Virus record (IMG/VR): IMGVR_UViG_3300027782_000067
DNA length: 20,000 nt
From: an uncultured virus (IMG/VR IMGVR_UViG_3300027782_000067)
Lineage: Duplodnaviria > Heunggongvirae > Uroviricota > Caudoviricetes
Strand: one strand, 5' to 3'
Below, one piece after another: positions 1 through 8,331 of the stretch. Position numbers and translations under genes: made by a program. Positions within the stretch are counted from its first letter, which is position 1. Each line of letters opens with the position of its first letter. The notes under the pieces are model-generated. The model was not told the origin of the DNA and made no database searches. It saw only the letters and a list, made by a program, of their open reading frames with translations.

Positions 1-50
1 CCTTTTTTAAAAATTGATCGTTTGGATAAGACAGATTTTCACCAAATGTG

Positions 51-311
51 TTAGTTAGTAATTCTTTTAGTTTCATATTTTAATCCCCATTTTTCACTTA
101 TCTCAGTGAATTTATCGTTTATTGTTTCTTCTTTAATTCCATTTAAAGATGAGAAATCTTTTTCAAATTGTAAACCGTGTTCTCGGTTTGCATCCATAAT
201 TTTTTGTCCAAGAATAGAAAGTTCATTTGAAGTATAAAATTCTGTTCCGTGATCAATGATTTTTAGTTCCACAAGAACTTTTTTGTCAAAGGTTTTTATT
301 TGGTGTATCAT
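51..311 (-). CDS. hypothetical protein (86 aa)
   Basis: ORF directly follows thyA on the same strand (2-nt gap); no recognisable motif. Confidence 0.7.
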   Translation of the reverse strand: MIHQIKTFDKKVLVELKIIDHGTEFYTSNELSILGQKIMDANREHGLQFEKDFSSLNGIKEETINDKFTEISEKWGLKYETKRITN

Positions 312-313
312 AA

Positions 314-1591
314 TTAATTTGATAACGGTGCTTTAATTGGTGGGTGTGATTGATAGTTACCTAATTGAATGTCATCTTCTAATAAACATTTACAAAAATT
401 ATCATCTTTAAATGATTCAAATACCTTAACGGCATCTATAGATCCTACACCGCACTCACCTGATTCAGTTGGCCAGAACTCAGTGTTGATGTTTAGGATT
501 GGTAGTGTATATGGTTCTCTTGTTCGGGTTGGTACATTCCATTGATCAATTTCAGAATGTGATAATGTGCTACTGTCTCCACCATTATAGATTTGATTAA
601 ACATTTCTTGAGTAACCATTTCTCTTCTTTCATCTAAATCTAATTTTTGACCAATTTGTTCTTTCGTTTGTTCAATATGATTCAAATACAAATGTGTATC
701 ACCCAAGTTGCCAATCAATTCATCAGGAATCATATTAACTGCCTTAGCAATTATTTCCAATAACAGGCCGTAAGATGCAATGTTGAATGGTAGACCTAAG
801 AATGTATCTACTGAACGTTGATTCCACATTAGGGAGATTGCTCTGGTTGGTATTGTATCTTTGTATTTTTCATAGTCCATACCACCATCCCCATATTTTT
901 CAATATACAAATCGACTCTTTCATCTAAACTCAACTCTCTTGTATAAACTTGAAATCCATAATGACAAGGTGGAAGCATCATTTGATCCAATTCTCCAAC
1001 ATTCCAAGCATTAACCATTAAACGTCTTGAGTCTGGGTTTGTTTTAAGGTCGTTGATTAGGTTCGCAATTTGGTCATTCTTAGGGACTTCTTTATAATGG
1101 GTTACAGAACCATGATTCCAACCAGAAGGGACTTTTTTATAACCACCCCAATTTCTCCATTGCTTACCATAAATTGGACCTAACTCACCCCACTTCTTAG
1201 CAAACTCATCATCTGTTTTGATTTCGTTGATGAATTCTTCCTGAGTCATCTTTCTCACTTCAATGTTACTACCTTCATATTGAAATGTTTTTTCAACCTC
1301 AGGGTAAATTTTACAATAGTTCTTATAAGCATCACCATCCCAAATATGACAATTGTTATCAACAAGGAATTTAATGTTTGTATCACCACGTAGGAACCAT
1401 AGTAATTCAGTCACCATAGTTTTCCAAGCCATCTTCTTGGTTGTGAGTAATGGAAACCCATCACTCATTTTATGACGGATCTGTCTACCAAAAACACTAA
1501 TTGTGCCGGTCTTTGTACGATCCATTTTACGGGTACCATTATCTAAAATGTCCTGTAATAAATCTGTGTATTGCCTATCTAAATTATTCAT
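314..1591 (-). CDS. thyA: thymidylate synthase with large insertions (425 aa)
   Basis: Motifs DRTKTGT, FPLLTTKK, ELLWFLRG, GPIYGKQWR, PDSRR, LPPCH (catalytic Cys), NQRSVD.FLGLPFN (dUMP-specifying Asn) and DTHLYLNH. Confidence 0.97.
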   Translation of the reverse strand: MNNLDRQYTDLLQDILDNGTRKMDRTKTGTISVFGRQIRHKMSDGFPLLTTKKMAWKTMVTELLWFLRGDTNIKFLVDNNCHIWDGDAYKNYCKIYPEVEKTFQYEGSNIEVRKMTQEEFINEIKTDDEFAKKWGELGPIYGKQWRNWGGYKKVPSGWNHGSVTHYKEVPKNDQIANLINDLKTNPDSRRLMVNAWNVGELDQMMLPPCHYGFQVYTRELSLDERVDLYIEKYGDGGMDYEKYKDTIPTRAISLMWNQRSVDTFLGLPFNIASYGLLLEIIAKAVNMIPDELIGNLGDTHLYLNHIEQTKEQIGQKLDLDERREMVTQEMFNQIYNGGDSSTLSHSEIDQWNVPTRTREPYTLPILNINTEFWPTESGECGVGSIDAVKVFESFKDDNFCKCLLEDDIQLGNYQSHPPIKAPLSN

Positions 1592-1715
1592 CTTTGTTTA
1601 GTAATTTACGACCTTCTTCCCATATTGGTGATCCGTACATATAAGGATGTTCAATAACATCTTCAAGAAATTCCTCAAGTTCTTTTATTCTATTATCCTT
1701 TTCTTCTTCCGTCAT
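1584..1715 (-). CDS. small hypothetical protein (43 aa, MTEEEKDNRIKELEEFLEDVIEHPYMYGSPIWEEGRKLLNKDE), not in ORF track
   Basis: Translated by hand; fills the gap, its start overlaps the upstream stop (ATGA) and its end overlaps the thyA start. Confidence 0.65.
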   Translation of the reverse strand: MTEEEKDNRIKELEEFLEDVIEHPYMYGSPIWEEGRKLLNKDE

Positions 1716-1798
1716 CTTTTAAAATATGATTTAATTTTCATCCAAACTATTTCGGGATAATTCCGTAACCACCAAAAAAATATATAAAATTTTCTCAT
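1712..1798 (-). CDS. very small hydrophobic/basic peptide (28 aa, MRKFYIFFWWLRNYPEIVWMKIKSYFKR), not in ORF track
   Basis: Translated by hand; coupled at both ends (TGATG upstream, ATGA downstream). Confidence 0.5.
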   Translation of the reverse strand: MRKFYIFFWWLRNYPEIVWMKIKSYFKR

Positions 1799-2076
1799 CA
1801 GTCAATCATTTTATAAGTTGTTGATTTAACTTTATTGTTTTCGTCAATTTGGTATCTATTCTTATATCCTTCAATTACTTTTAGAGCATCTTCTTCATTA
1901 CCATACCTCACAGTAATTGTTTTTGATATTCCAAATGCCTCTCCAATCTTATGGATATTATACCAAACAAGTTCTTGTGTTTGTTTGAATAATCTTTTTT
2001 TGATTTCTAATTTACAAGCTTGTGGTATGTAACCCTTCTCTCCGTTATTTTTTTCTTCAATTTTAATTCTGTACAT
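1798..2076 (-). CDS. hypothetical protein (92 aa)
   Basis: ORF tiling in the minus-strand gene array. Confidence 0.7.
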   Translation of the reverse strand: MYRIKIEEKNNGEKGYIPQACKLEIKKRLFKQTQELVWYNIHKIGEAFGISKTITVRYGNEEDALKVIEGYKNRYQIDENNKVKSTTYKMID

Positions 2077-2085
2077 ATTAGTTAT

Positions 2086-2295
2086 TTAAATATAATTTTT
2101 TAAAAAATAATTTGTTTTTCCAACAGGAACTCTTAAAACCGAAATAAGTTTTGAGGTACCATTTAATAGTACCATAACACTATATAGTTTATCTGTGTAT
2201 TCAACACTATGAACATTTTCAATGGTATATACAAATGCCGATTCATTTGATAAAAATACCTTTTTTTCATTTTTGTCGTAAGTAAGTGTTTGCAT
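2086..2295 (-). CDS. hypothetical protein (69 aa)
   Basis: Tiles between neighbours without overlap; preferred over the alternative frame 2163..2411. Confidence 0.6.
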   Translation of the reverse strand: MQTLTYDKNEKKVFLSNESAFVYTIENVHSVEYTDKLYSVMVLLNGTSKLISVLRVPVGKTNYFLKNYI

Positions 2296-2298
2296 AAC

Positions 2299-2634
2299 TT
2301 ATTGTTTTTCAATATTAATTTCTTTTTTAATCTTTGGTTTACGTCCTCGTTTTTTTGGTTTTTTTGATGTAAATTTTTCTTGAAACTTTTTATCTTTTTC
2401 AATGATTTCAATAAATTCTTCCAATGTAAATTCTCTTACTTTATGTTCGTTTGGGTCGTCCATCAAATAATCATAATCTGGTTCTTCCAATGTTTTACAA
2501 AACTCAAGATATCTTTCATAAGATTTTTTAAGTTTTTCATAATCTGTATCGTCTTCAATAACAATCTTTATTGTTTCAGGGAATAACATATTCATTCCAA
2601 TTCCTAAATTCACTTCAATTTTTTTCATTTCCAT
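2299..2634 (-). CDS. hypothetical protein with basic C-terminal tail (KKPKKRGRKPK)
   Basis: ORF tiling; acidic body and Lys/Arg-rich tail. Confidence 0.65.
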   Translation of the reverse strand: MEMKKIEVNLGIGMNMLFPETIKIVIEDDTDYEKLKKSYERYLEFCKTLEEPDYDYLMDDPNEHKVREFTLEEFIEIIEKDKKFQEKFTSKKPKKRGRKPKIKKEINIEKQ

Positions 2635-2731
2635 ATTTTTTTCTTAAGTATTCTGCCCACGCAGCTTGTTTCCTACCATTAACGAAGAACCACCCAAAGT
2701 CCATCTCAAACCATTTTACAATTTTTCCCAT
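2615..2731 (-). CDS. small hypothetical protein (38 aa, MGKIVKWFEMDFGWFFVNGRKQAAWAEYLRKKYGNEKN), not in ORF track
   Basis: Translated by hand; starts 4 nt after the GS stop and overlaps the next gene start. Confidence 0.6.
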   Translation of the reverse strand: MGKIVKWFEMDFGWFFVNGRKQAAWAEYLRKKYGNEKN

Positions 2732-2735
2732 AATA

Positions 2736-3938
2736 TTATTTATTTTTTAAATCAAATTTTATTTCTTCTGTCAGTACATTTGTTTTTGACCCCATAACTT
2801 CTTCCGACATTTCATATTTAACATCGTCAGAATAATCTTTTAGTAATTCTTCAGATGTTAATGTACCGTACTTACCTTCAAAACCATTAACATCAATCTT
2901 TACATTAATATTTTTATACATTCTTTCCCAATATTGTGTTCCATTCAATGAGATTGAAATTTCATTAATAATCTTATATGGGTCCGCATTTGATCCTGGT
3001 CTTCTATCTTCCAAATAACCTTTCCAATTATCTGCGGTTGTTTTTGGGACTCTGATTGATGATCCTCTATCCGATACACCCCAACTAAATTTATCAATTG
3101 ATTGTGTCTCAAAATTTCCGGTTAATCTTAAATTATTATCGGAACCATATGATTCAATATGTTCTTTATGTCTATTTTCAAATGATGTGAATATTGATTT
3201 GAAGTATTCTTCCTTGCCATCATTTCTCATTTTGTCGTTTGAAAAGTTAGTATGTAAACCAGATCCGTTCCATTCTCCGTATTTAAGTGGTTTTGGATGT
3301 AGATTAACCCCATAATTATATTTTTCGGAAATTTTATATAAAAAGTACCTGGTCATCCACAAATCATCACCCGCCTTTAATTTACCTTTTGAAAATACTT
3401 GGTATTCCCATTGACCTAATGCAACCTCAGCGTTGATCCCTGTAATATCAATTCCGTATTTTAAACACATATCCATATGTTCTTCAACAAAATCTCTTCC
3501 TGCAACATATTCACCTACACCACAATAATATTTACCTTGTGGTTCCAAGTTGTTTTCATCGTGACCTAAAATACATTTATTTTTTATATCCTGTATAAAA
3601 TATTCTTGTTCAAACCCAAACCATAAATCTTCTTGTTCTTCAATTAGTTTTGATCTTGTATTAGTTTTGTGTGGAGTACCATCAGAATTCATTACTTCAC
3701 ACAACACGTAAATTGTGTTTGTATGATTGTAAAAATAATGTCTAACAGGTATTAAAATACAATCAGAACTACCTGTCTGAGCTTGTTTTGTTGATGACCC
3801 ATCAAAGTTCCATTTTGGAAAATTACCTAAAACCAAACAATTTCTAATTTCTTCGTATTCAACAATTTTAATTTTACTTCTCAAATTTGGTTCTGGTGTA
3901 TACCCATCTAACCAAACATATTCTAATTTACACTTCAT
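2736..3938 (-). CDS. glnII: glutamine synthetase type II (GSII), putative auxiliary metabolic gene
   Basis: KLEYVWLDGY..PNLRSK, WNFDGSST, FGFEQEY, PQGKYYCGVG, GINAEVALGQWEYQ, HPKP..WNGSGLHTNFS, RLTG.FET, DRGSSIRVP, GYLEDRRPGSNADPY. Confidence 0.95.
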   Translation of the reverse strand: MKCKLEYVWLDGYTPEPNLRSKIKIVEYEEIRNCLVLGNFPKWNFDGSSTKQAQTGSSDCILIPVRHYFYNHTNTIYVLCEVMNSDGTPHKTNTRSKLIEEQEDLWFGFEQEYFIQDIKNKCILGHDENNLEPQGKYYCGVGEYVAGRDFVEEHMDMCLKYGIDITGINAEVALGQWEYQVFSKGKLKAGDDLWMTRYFLYKISEKYNYGVNLHPKPLKYGEWNGSGLHTNFSNDKMRNDGKEEYFKSIFTSFENRHKEHIESYGSDNNLRLTGNFETQSIDKFSWGVSDRGSSIRVPKTTADNWKGYLEDRRPGSNADPYKIINEISISLNGTQYWERMYKNINVKIDVNGFEGKYGTLTSEELLKDYSDDVKYEMSEEVMGSKTNVLTEEIKFDLKNK

Positions 3939-4117
3939 TTATTCTCGTTTATATATTTTATTATTTCCTCTTTTGTTTTTCCCTCATTAAATATTTTGTA
4001 GACATTATGTGAAAATTCATCTGTACTGATAACCGCATCAGCATCCAAATAGGTCATAATATTGTCAACGTTTAACAATATTCCTTCTTTTCTTAAAAAT
4101 CTTTTATTAAAACCCAT
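3935..4117 (-). CDS. hypothetical protein (60 aa)
   Basis: ATGA overlap with the GSII start. Confidence 0.7.
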   Translation of the reverse strand: MGFNKRFLRKEGILLNVDNIMTYLDADAVISTDEFSHNVYKIFNEGKTKEEIIKYINENK

Positions 4118-4153
4118 TTGTTAAAAAATAAGAATAATTTATATTAAATTCAA

Positions 4154-5425
4154 TTATTTTAAAAATATTTTTTTAGATTGTTTTTGTCTGTGGAATTTAA
4201 TGGCAAATCTGTGTACTTCTTCTTGTATTTTACCAAAAAGTGTAAAGTTCTTATAATCCTTTATGTTAAATTCCGTACCGTCTATCTTATGAATAACTGA
4301 AGACTTATGGTTAGAGTCCTTAGATATTGAAATTAAATCTATCTTATCAGTTAAATTAAGTTTTTCAAACACTCTTTTTGCAACACCTAATTGTCCTTTA
4401 CCCCCATCAATTAAAATAAGATCAGGTAGTTTTTGTTTTTCATCAATAAGTCTTTTTAGTCTTCTTTGTAAGATCTCATCAAAAGATGCGTAGTCATCAA
4501 TACCAACAAAACTTTTAATATTGTATTTACGATACTCAGATTTTAATGGAACACCATCATCAAACCTAACCGAAGCCGCAACATTAGAATCTCCTTGGTT
4601 ATGTGAATTATCAAAAGCCTCAATAACCTGCGGTATATTTTTCAGATTTAAAATATCCTTTATTTCAAAGATATTTTTTTTGCGTTTCTGAATTCTTATT
4701 ACCTCTAACTTATTATCAATTGTTTCCAATACTGTAAGTTTCGATAATATAGTCTGAGCTTTTTCATATTCCGTATTATTTGAATAATGTTTCATTAATT
4801 TTTTTATCTTTGACTTTAATCCATCCAAATCAAGAGAAAGAACTTTTTTAACGTCACGAACTATTTCATTATAGTAAAACTTTTTAATACCATTTACGCA
4901 AGGGGCATTACATCTACCAAGATGAAATTCTAAACAATTTTTAAATTTTTCTTTTAGAATATTTTCTTCTGTAAGATCGTAAGAACAACTACGAAGTTCA
5001 AAGATATCATGAATAAGATCATATACTTCACGACACAACATTCCTGAAGTAAAATCAAGACTTACTCTATCGTCTTGTTTATCTCTTACTATTTCAAGTT
5101 TAGGAAATTCTTCGTCCGTAAAACATAAGGACCATTTTCTAGTCTTATCATCTTTACCCTTGATATTAAACTTTGGTTTGTATAGTTTAATTAATTCTTC
5201 TTCAAGGATTATTGCCTCTTGTTCTGATGAGGTAATTTTAAACTCAACATCGTGAATGTTCTCAACGAGGGTTTTTGTTTTACCAGTTTGATTTTTTTGG
5301 AAATAAGAGGAGACTCTTTTTGGTAAGAACTTTGACATACCAACATAAATTATTTGCCCTTTGTTGTTTTTAAACAAATAGCAACCTGAATTTTTTGGTA
5401 TGTCCTTAAGTCTTTCTAAAATCAT
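4154..5425 (-). CDS. uvrC: UvrC-like excinuclease (GIY-YIG + Cys-rich + degenerate UVR + RNase H-like), no C-terminal HhH domain; start revised to ATG at 5425
   Basis: GCYLFK..IIYVG..KRVSSYF, EAIILEEELIKLYKPKFNI, C..CLEFHLGRCNAPC, IEAFDNSH, DDYASF, PDLILIDGGKGQL, EEVHRFAIKFHR. The track's TTG start at 5440 lies inside a promoter. Confidence 0.9.
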   Translation of the reverse strand: MILERLKDIPKNSGCYLFKNNKGQIIYVGMSKFLPKRVSSYFQKNQTGKTKTLVENIHDVEFKITSSEQEAIILEEELIKLYKPKFNIKGKDDKTRKWSLCFTDEEFPKLEIVRDKQDDRVSLDFTSGMLCREVYDLIHDIFELRSCSYDLTEENILKEKFKNCLEFHLGRCNAPCVNGIKKFYYNEIVRDVKKVLSLDLDGLKSKIKKLMKHYSNNTEYEKAQTILSKLTVLETIDNKLEVIRIQKRKKNIFEIKDILNLKNIPQVIEAFDNSHNQGDSNVAASVRFDDGVPLKSEYRKYNIKSFVGIDDYASFDEILQRRLKRLIDEKQKLPDLILIDGGKGQLGVAKRVFEKLNLTDKIDLISISKDSNHKSSVIHKIDGTEFNIKDYKNFTLFGKIQEEVHRFAIKFHRQKQSKKIFLK

Positions 5426-5429
5426 ATCA

Positions 5430-5461
5430 CAAAGATACAATTTTTTTTAGATACTATCAAA
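5430..5461 (-). promoter_or_regulatory. Bacteroidota sigma-A-type promoter (TTTG-N20-TATCTTTG), 4 nt before the uvrC ATG
   Basis: Plus-strand caaagata at 5430-5437 and caaa at 5458-5461; exact -33/-7 consensus and spacing. Confidence 0.8.
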
Positions 5462-5692
5462 TAATTTTTCGGGATCTGTGTACATAGTTCCACATTGGAT
5501 ACAAACTAAAATGTCCAAAGGTTTTACTTTATTTCCATCAATTCTTCTTACACTTTGGATTTTTATTTTATTGTTTTCTCTACAAGAAGGACAATTCATT
5601 AGATCAATCTTTAATACTTCTTCTTGCTCGTTTTCTTGAGTCTCTTGGTTTAATTCTTCATTTTGATTTTCAGGGGTAATGTTTTCTTCCAT
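5447..5692 (-). CDS. Zn-ribbon protein with acidic low-complexity N-terminus (81 aa)
   Basis: CPSC ... CIQC pairs. Confidence 0.75.
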   Translation of the reverse strand: MEENITPENQNEELNQETQENEQEEVLKIDLMNCPSCRENNKIKIQSVRRIDGNKVKPLDILVCIQCGTMYTDPEKLFDSI

Positions 5693-5695
5693 TTT

Positions 5696-5923
5696 TTAAT
5701 TTTTAAAGGTGTTATTTATTTCCACAAGTTCTTTACGTTTTAAAGTAATCTTATATTCTAAATCAACAATATAAGGTAAGGATATCATATCATCATAATC
5801 ACACTTACTCATTTGTGTTTTGAAATTTTTTATCAGTTTTTCACAAGTAGTTATTTGATCCCAAGTATTACAGGACTTAATAACCTTTTCTATCCATTTT
5901 TTTGTTTTACTAAAATCTGTCAT
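5696..5923 (-). CDS. hypothetical protein (75 aa)
   Basis: ORF tiling. Confidence 0.7.
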   Translation of the reverse strand: MTDFSKTKKWIEKVIKSCNTWDQITTCEKLIKNFKTQMSKCDYDDMISLPYIVDLEYKITLKRKELVEINNTFKN

Positions 5924-5926
5924 TTA

Positions 5927-6304
5927 TTAATAATTTATAAATACACAATTCTCTAATTCATAAAGGTGATTTCTTCCTCTTGTCGATCTTACATATAAAT
6001 TTACTATATGTCCATATATTTCAAACTTTTTACGTTCTTCACCTTCTTTAACTGGTTTTAATGATTCCTTAAAATTGGTATGAATTCCCATTATTGTTTC
6101 AACATTTTTAACTTTGTCTGTCCAGTTGGATAACCCATACTTACCGTTATATCTAAACTCTTTACCTATGAGTGATGACAAATCAAAACAATAGTTATCA
6201 TCCTTGTTATCGGATATTAATGGATTTTTTTTACCTGTTAATTCCTCATAGTACGGATTTAACTCACCGGTATATGGATCATGTGTAGGTATTTCTGTTT
6301 TCAT
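5927..6304 (-). CDS. hypothetical protein (125 aa)
   Basis: ORF tiling; N-terminal DPYTGELNPYYEELTG segment. Confidence 0.7.
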   Translation of the reverse strand: MKTEIPTHDPYTGELNPYYEELTGKKNPLISDNKDDNYCFDLSSLIGKEFRYNGKYGLSNWTDKVKNVETIMGIHTNFKESLKPVKEGEERKKFEIYGHIVNLYVRSTRGRNHLYELENCVFINY

Positions 6305-6489
6305 TATTTATAAAGATTATATAAACTATTTGCAATTAACTTTAATTCTCTTTCAAGTTGTGCAATTTTTTTTCTATCTTCTTCTAAAGTGGTTTCAGTA
6401 CTAGCTGCTCTTATTTCAGAAACCTCATTTAATATAAGTCTATGGGTATTCATTAATTTACCCTGTAATATTTTTTTATCTTCACTCAT
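6304..6489 (-). CDS. hypothetical coiled-coil protein (61 aa)
   Basis: TAATG coupling to the next gene; heptad-like pattern. Confidence 0.7.
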   Translation of the reverse strand: MSEDKKILQGKLMNTHRLILNEVSEIRAASTETTLEEDRKKIAQLERELKLIANSLYNLYK

Positions 6490-6508
6490 GTTTTTTATTT
6501 ATTTTTTA

Positions 6509-6757
6509 TCATTTAACTATTGCCAGTGTGAGTTGATTTATTAAAGTTTGTAACTCACCAAATTCGTGGAATCTTACTGATGGATCCGTATTAAAAAACT
6601 CAACATACCAATTCCCTTCTTTTATTTCCTCGTTAGTTGGTGTAATGAATGTCAACCCATCAACAATGTCCAACACGTAGTAATAAGAGTCATCTTCATC
6701 GTGCTCTTCTATTAGTTCACTTTTAAATCCTAAAAGGATTAGTTCTTTTTCTGTCAT
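6509..6757 (-). CDS. hypothetical protein (82 aa)
   Basis: ORF tiling; acidic. Confidence 0.7.
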   Translation of the reverse strand: MTEKELILLGFKSELIEEHDEDDSYYYVLDIVDGLTFITPTNEEIKEGNWYVEFFNTDPSVRFHEFGELQTLINQLTLAIVK

Positions 6758-6769
6758 ATTATTTATTTT

Positions 6770-6985
6770 TTAATGTGTTCCATTTGTTAAACTTACCCCA
6801 TGTTTAAAACCGTGAATAAAATCGGTTATATCCTCATCAGTCATATCTTTAAATGTCAATCCAACAACAACACCAATTTCATTACCAAGATCCAAAATAT
6901 CACCTGTATAGTTCATTCTGTTAACGGTTTCTTTTAATGAGTTTGCAATGTAATTAAGTTTTGTGTTATCAAATTCCCTACTCAT
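6770..6985 (-). CDS. hypothetical protein (probable start MSREF at 6985 rather than 7021)
   Basis: ATG lies 1 nt after the upstream stop at 6987, avoiding a 35-nt overlap. Confidence 0.65.
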   Translation of the reverse strand: MSREFDNTKLNYIANSLKETVNRMNYTGDILDLGNEIGVVVGLTFKDMTDEDITDFIHGFKHGVSLTNGTH

Positions 6986-6986
6986 A

Positions 6987-7250
6987 TTATTTAGTTTCAA
7001 TAATTGTGTATGTTCCTTCAATTACTCCCCAAGAAGATTCTTCGTGAAATTTATAAATCTGACAAGAATCTTGTGGTGACATTTCTCTTGTCAAATACCA
7101 AACTTGGGTTTCCTTCCAAGTAACATTAATTAATTTTTGTCCTTTTGGTAATGTAATTGTTCCGTCTCCGCCCCAACTTTTTACTCTACTGTTTTCTGTA
7201 CAAGATGTTACCATAACACCCAACATAATTGCCAATAATACTTTCTTCAT
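6987..7250 (-). CDS. putative lipoprotein (87 aa)
   Basis: MKK + hydrophobic core + lipobox-like VTS|C. Confidence 0.75.
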   Translation of the reverse strand: MKKVLLAIMLGVMVTSCTENSRVKSWGGDGTITLPKGQKLINVTWKETQVWYLTREMSPQDSCQIYKFHEESSWGVIEGTYTIIETK

Positions 7251-7261
7251 TTTACTATTTT

Positions 7262-7492
7262 TTATTTAAATCTATTATCTTTTAAAACATAAGGTGGATT
7301 AATTCTTACCTCAGATCCGTCACTATTAAAGTAATATGCGGTATCACCATCAAAACTAATTGTATCTGTATACCAAATAGCCGGATGAGGACCTTTATTG
7401 GTAATAACACTACCTTTTATTTTATACCTATAATCGTTTCTTCCACAGGAAACTACGAGTAATACTATAAGAACACTAATTAACTTTTTCAT
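7262..7492 (-). CDS. putative lipoprotein (76 aa)
   Basis: MKK + hydrophobic core + lipobox-like VVS|C. Confidence 0.75.
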   Translation of the reverse strand: MKKLISVLIVLLVVSCGRNDYRYKIKGSVITNKGPHPAIWYTDTISFDGDTAYYFNSDGSEVRINPPYVLKDNRFK

Positions 7493-7670
7493 CTTTCATT
7501 ATTTTATCTGTAAACATATTATTTTCAGGATCATGTTTCCCTAAGTTATATGTTGTAAATGTACCATTTTCAAAGTATATTCTCAACATTAGATAACCTA
7601 ATTCAGAAACATAAATTTTATCAACAGTACCTAATCCTTTAAGGGTTTCTATTAGAACCGGATCTTTCAT
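7476..7670 (-). CDS. hypothetical protein (about 64-68 aa; likely start MKDPV)
   Basis: ORF tiling; TAG stop lies within the start of the lipoprotein gene. Confidence 0.65.
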   Translation of the reverse strand: MKDPVLIETLKGLGTVDKIYVSELGYLMLRIYFENGTFTTYNLGKHDPENNMFTDKIMKDEKVN

Positions 7671-7671
7671 A

Positions 7672-8028
7672 TTATTCAACAATTATTTTTACTTTTTTGG
7701 TTGGTGCAAATGATACTCCCCAATCTTTTTTTACTTCTTCTTTACTTTCTTCTTCATCTATTTGACAAAACCATTGATTTTGTTCGATTATTACCATTTC
7801 TTGATCTGTTATGTCAAGTTGTTCAGGTAAAGCGACAATTTTAAATGCCTTTGTTAGTGATAATTTTGAATCAATAATTAAGTTCAGGACTTGTTCGTTT
7901 TCACATTTAACCACACTTGGGAATTCTCCTCCTACGGTAACAACCGCATTGTCCCCTACTTTTATTGGATCAGCGGAAACTAAATAAGTTTTTTGATCTA
8001 TGTTGAATAATCTTACTGTTTTTTTCAT
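7672..8028 (-). CDS. hypothetical protein (118 aa)
   Basis: ORF tiling. Confidence 0.7.
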   Translation of the reverse strand: MKKTVRLFNIDQKTYLVSADPIKVGDNAVVTVGGEFPSVVKCENEQVLNLIIDSKLSLTKAFKIVALPEQLDITDQEMVIIEQNQWFCQIDEEESKEEVKKDWGVSFAPTKKVKIIVE

Positions 8029-8331
8029 TTATTTTTTATTATATACGTATTTATGGTTGTAGTTTCCGCATTGATCGCAAGATGTTCCTTCATCGGATTC
8101 TTCAACATTATATTCATATTCATCAGACAAATTAACAATAATTTCGGCAATCACAGTCCAATCATTCATCCCCATTCCACCTTTTAATTCGTGTAGTCTT
8201 GAGATTAACTCATCTTGTATGTCCTCAACTACCTTTGGATCTCTATTGTCGTATTCGTGTATGAACAAAGACTCTCCATCAATTTCTACATCAGGACCAA
8301 AACAATTTTCCTTTAAAATAATTTCTTTCAT
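8029..8331 (-). CDS. hypothetical acidic protein with C-terminal CDQCG motif (100 aa)
   Basis: ORF tiling, ATGA overlap. Confidence 0.7.
   Translation of the reverse strand: MKEIILKENCFGPDVEIDGESLFIHEYDNRDPKVVEDIQDELISRLHELKGGMGMNDWTVIAEIIVNLSDEYEYNVEESDEGTSCDQCGNYNHKYVYNKK

Noticed and set aside
314..1591. Intron or intein in thyA, or a dCMP/dUMP hydroxymethylase for modified DNA
   Set aside because: The frame is continuous, the inserts are short and lack intein terminal motifs, and the canonical PFN Asn and folate-binding motifs indicate an ordinary thymidylate synthase
2330..2370. AT-hook in the KKRGRKPK tail
   Set aside because: Lacks the exact RGRP core; may simply be a basic tail
2163..2411. 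Alternative-frame minus-strand ORF (82 aa); likewise 18639..18839
   Set aside because: Overlaps better-tiling or clearly functional ORFs on the same strand
4118..4154. Degenerate promoter (ATTG-N20-TATTTTTT-N5-ATG) upstream of the GSII unit
   Set aside because: Spacing fits the other promoters but both boxes mismatch in near-pure AT sequence; too weak to list
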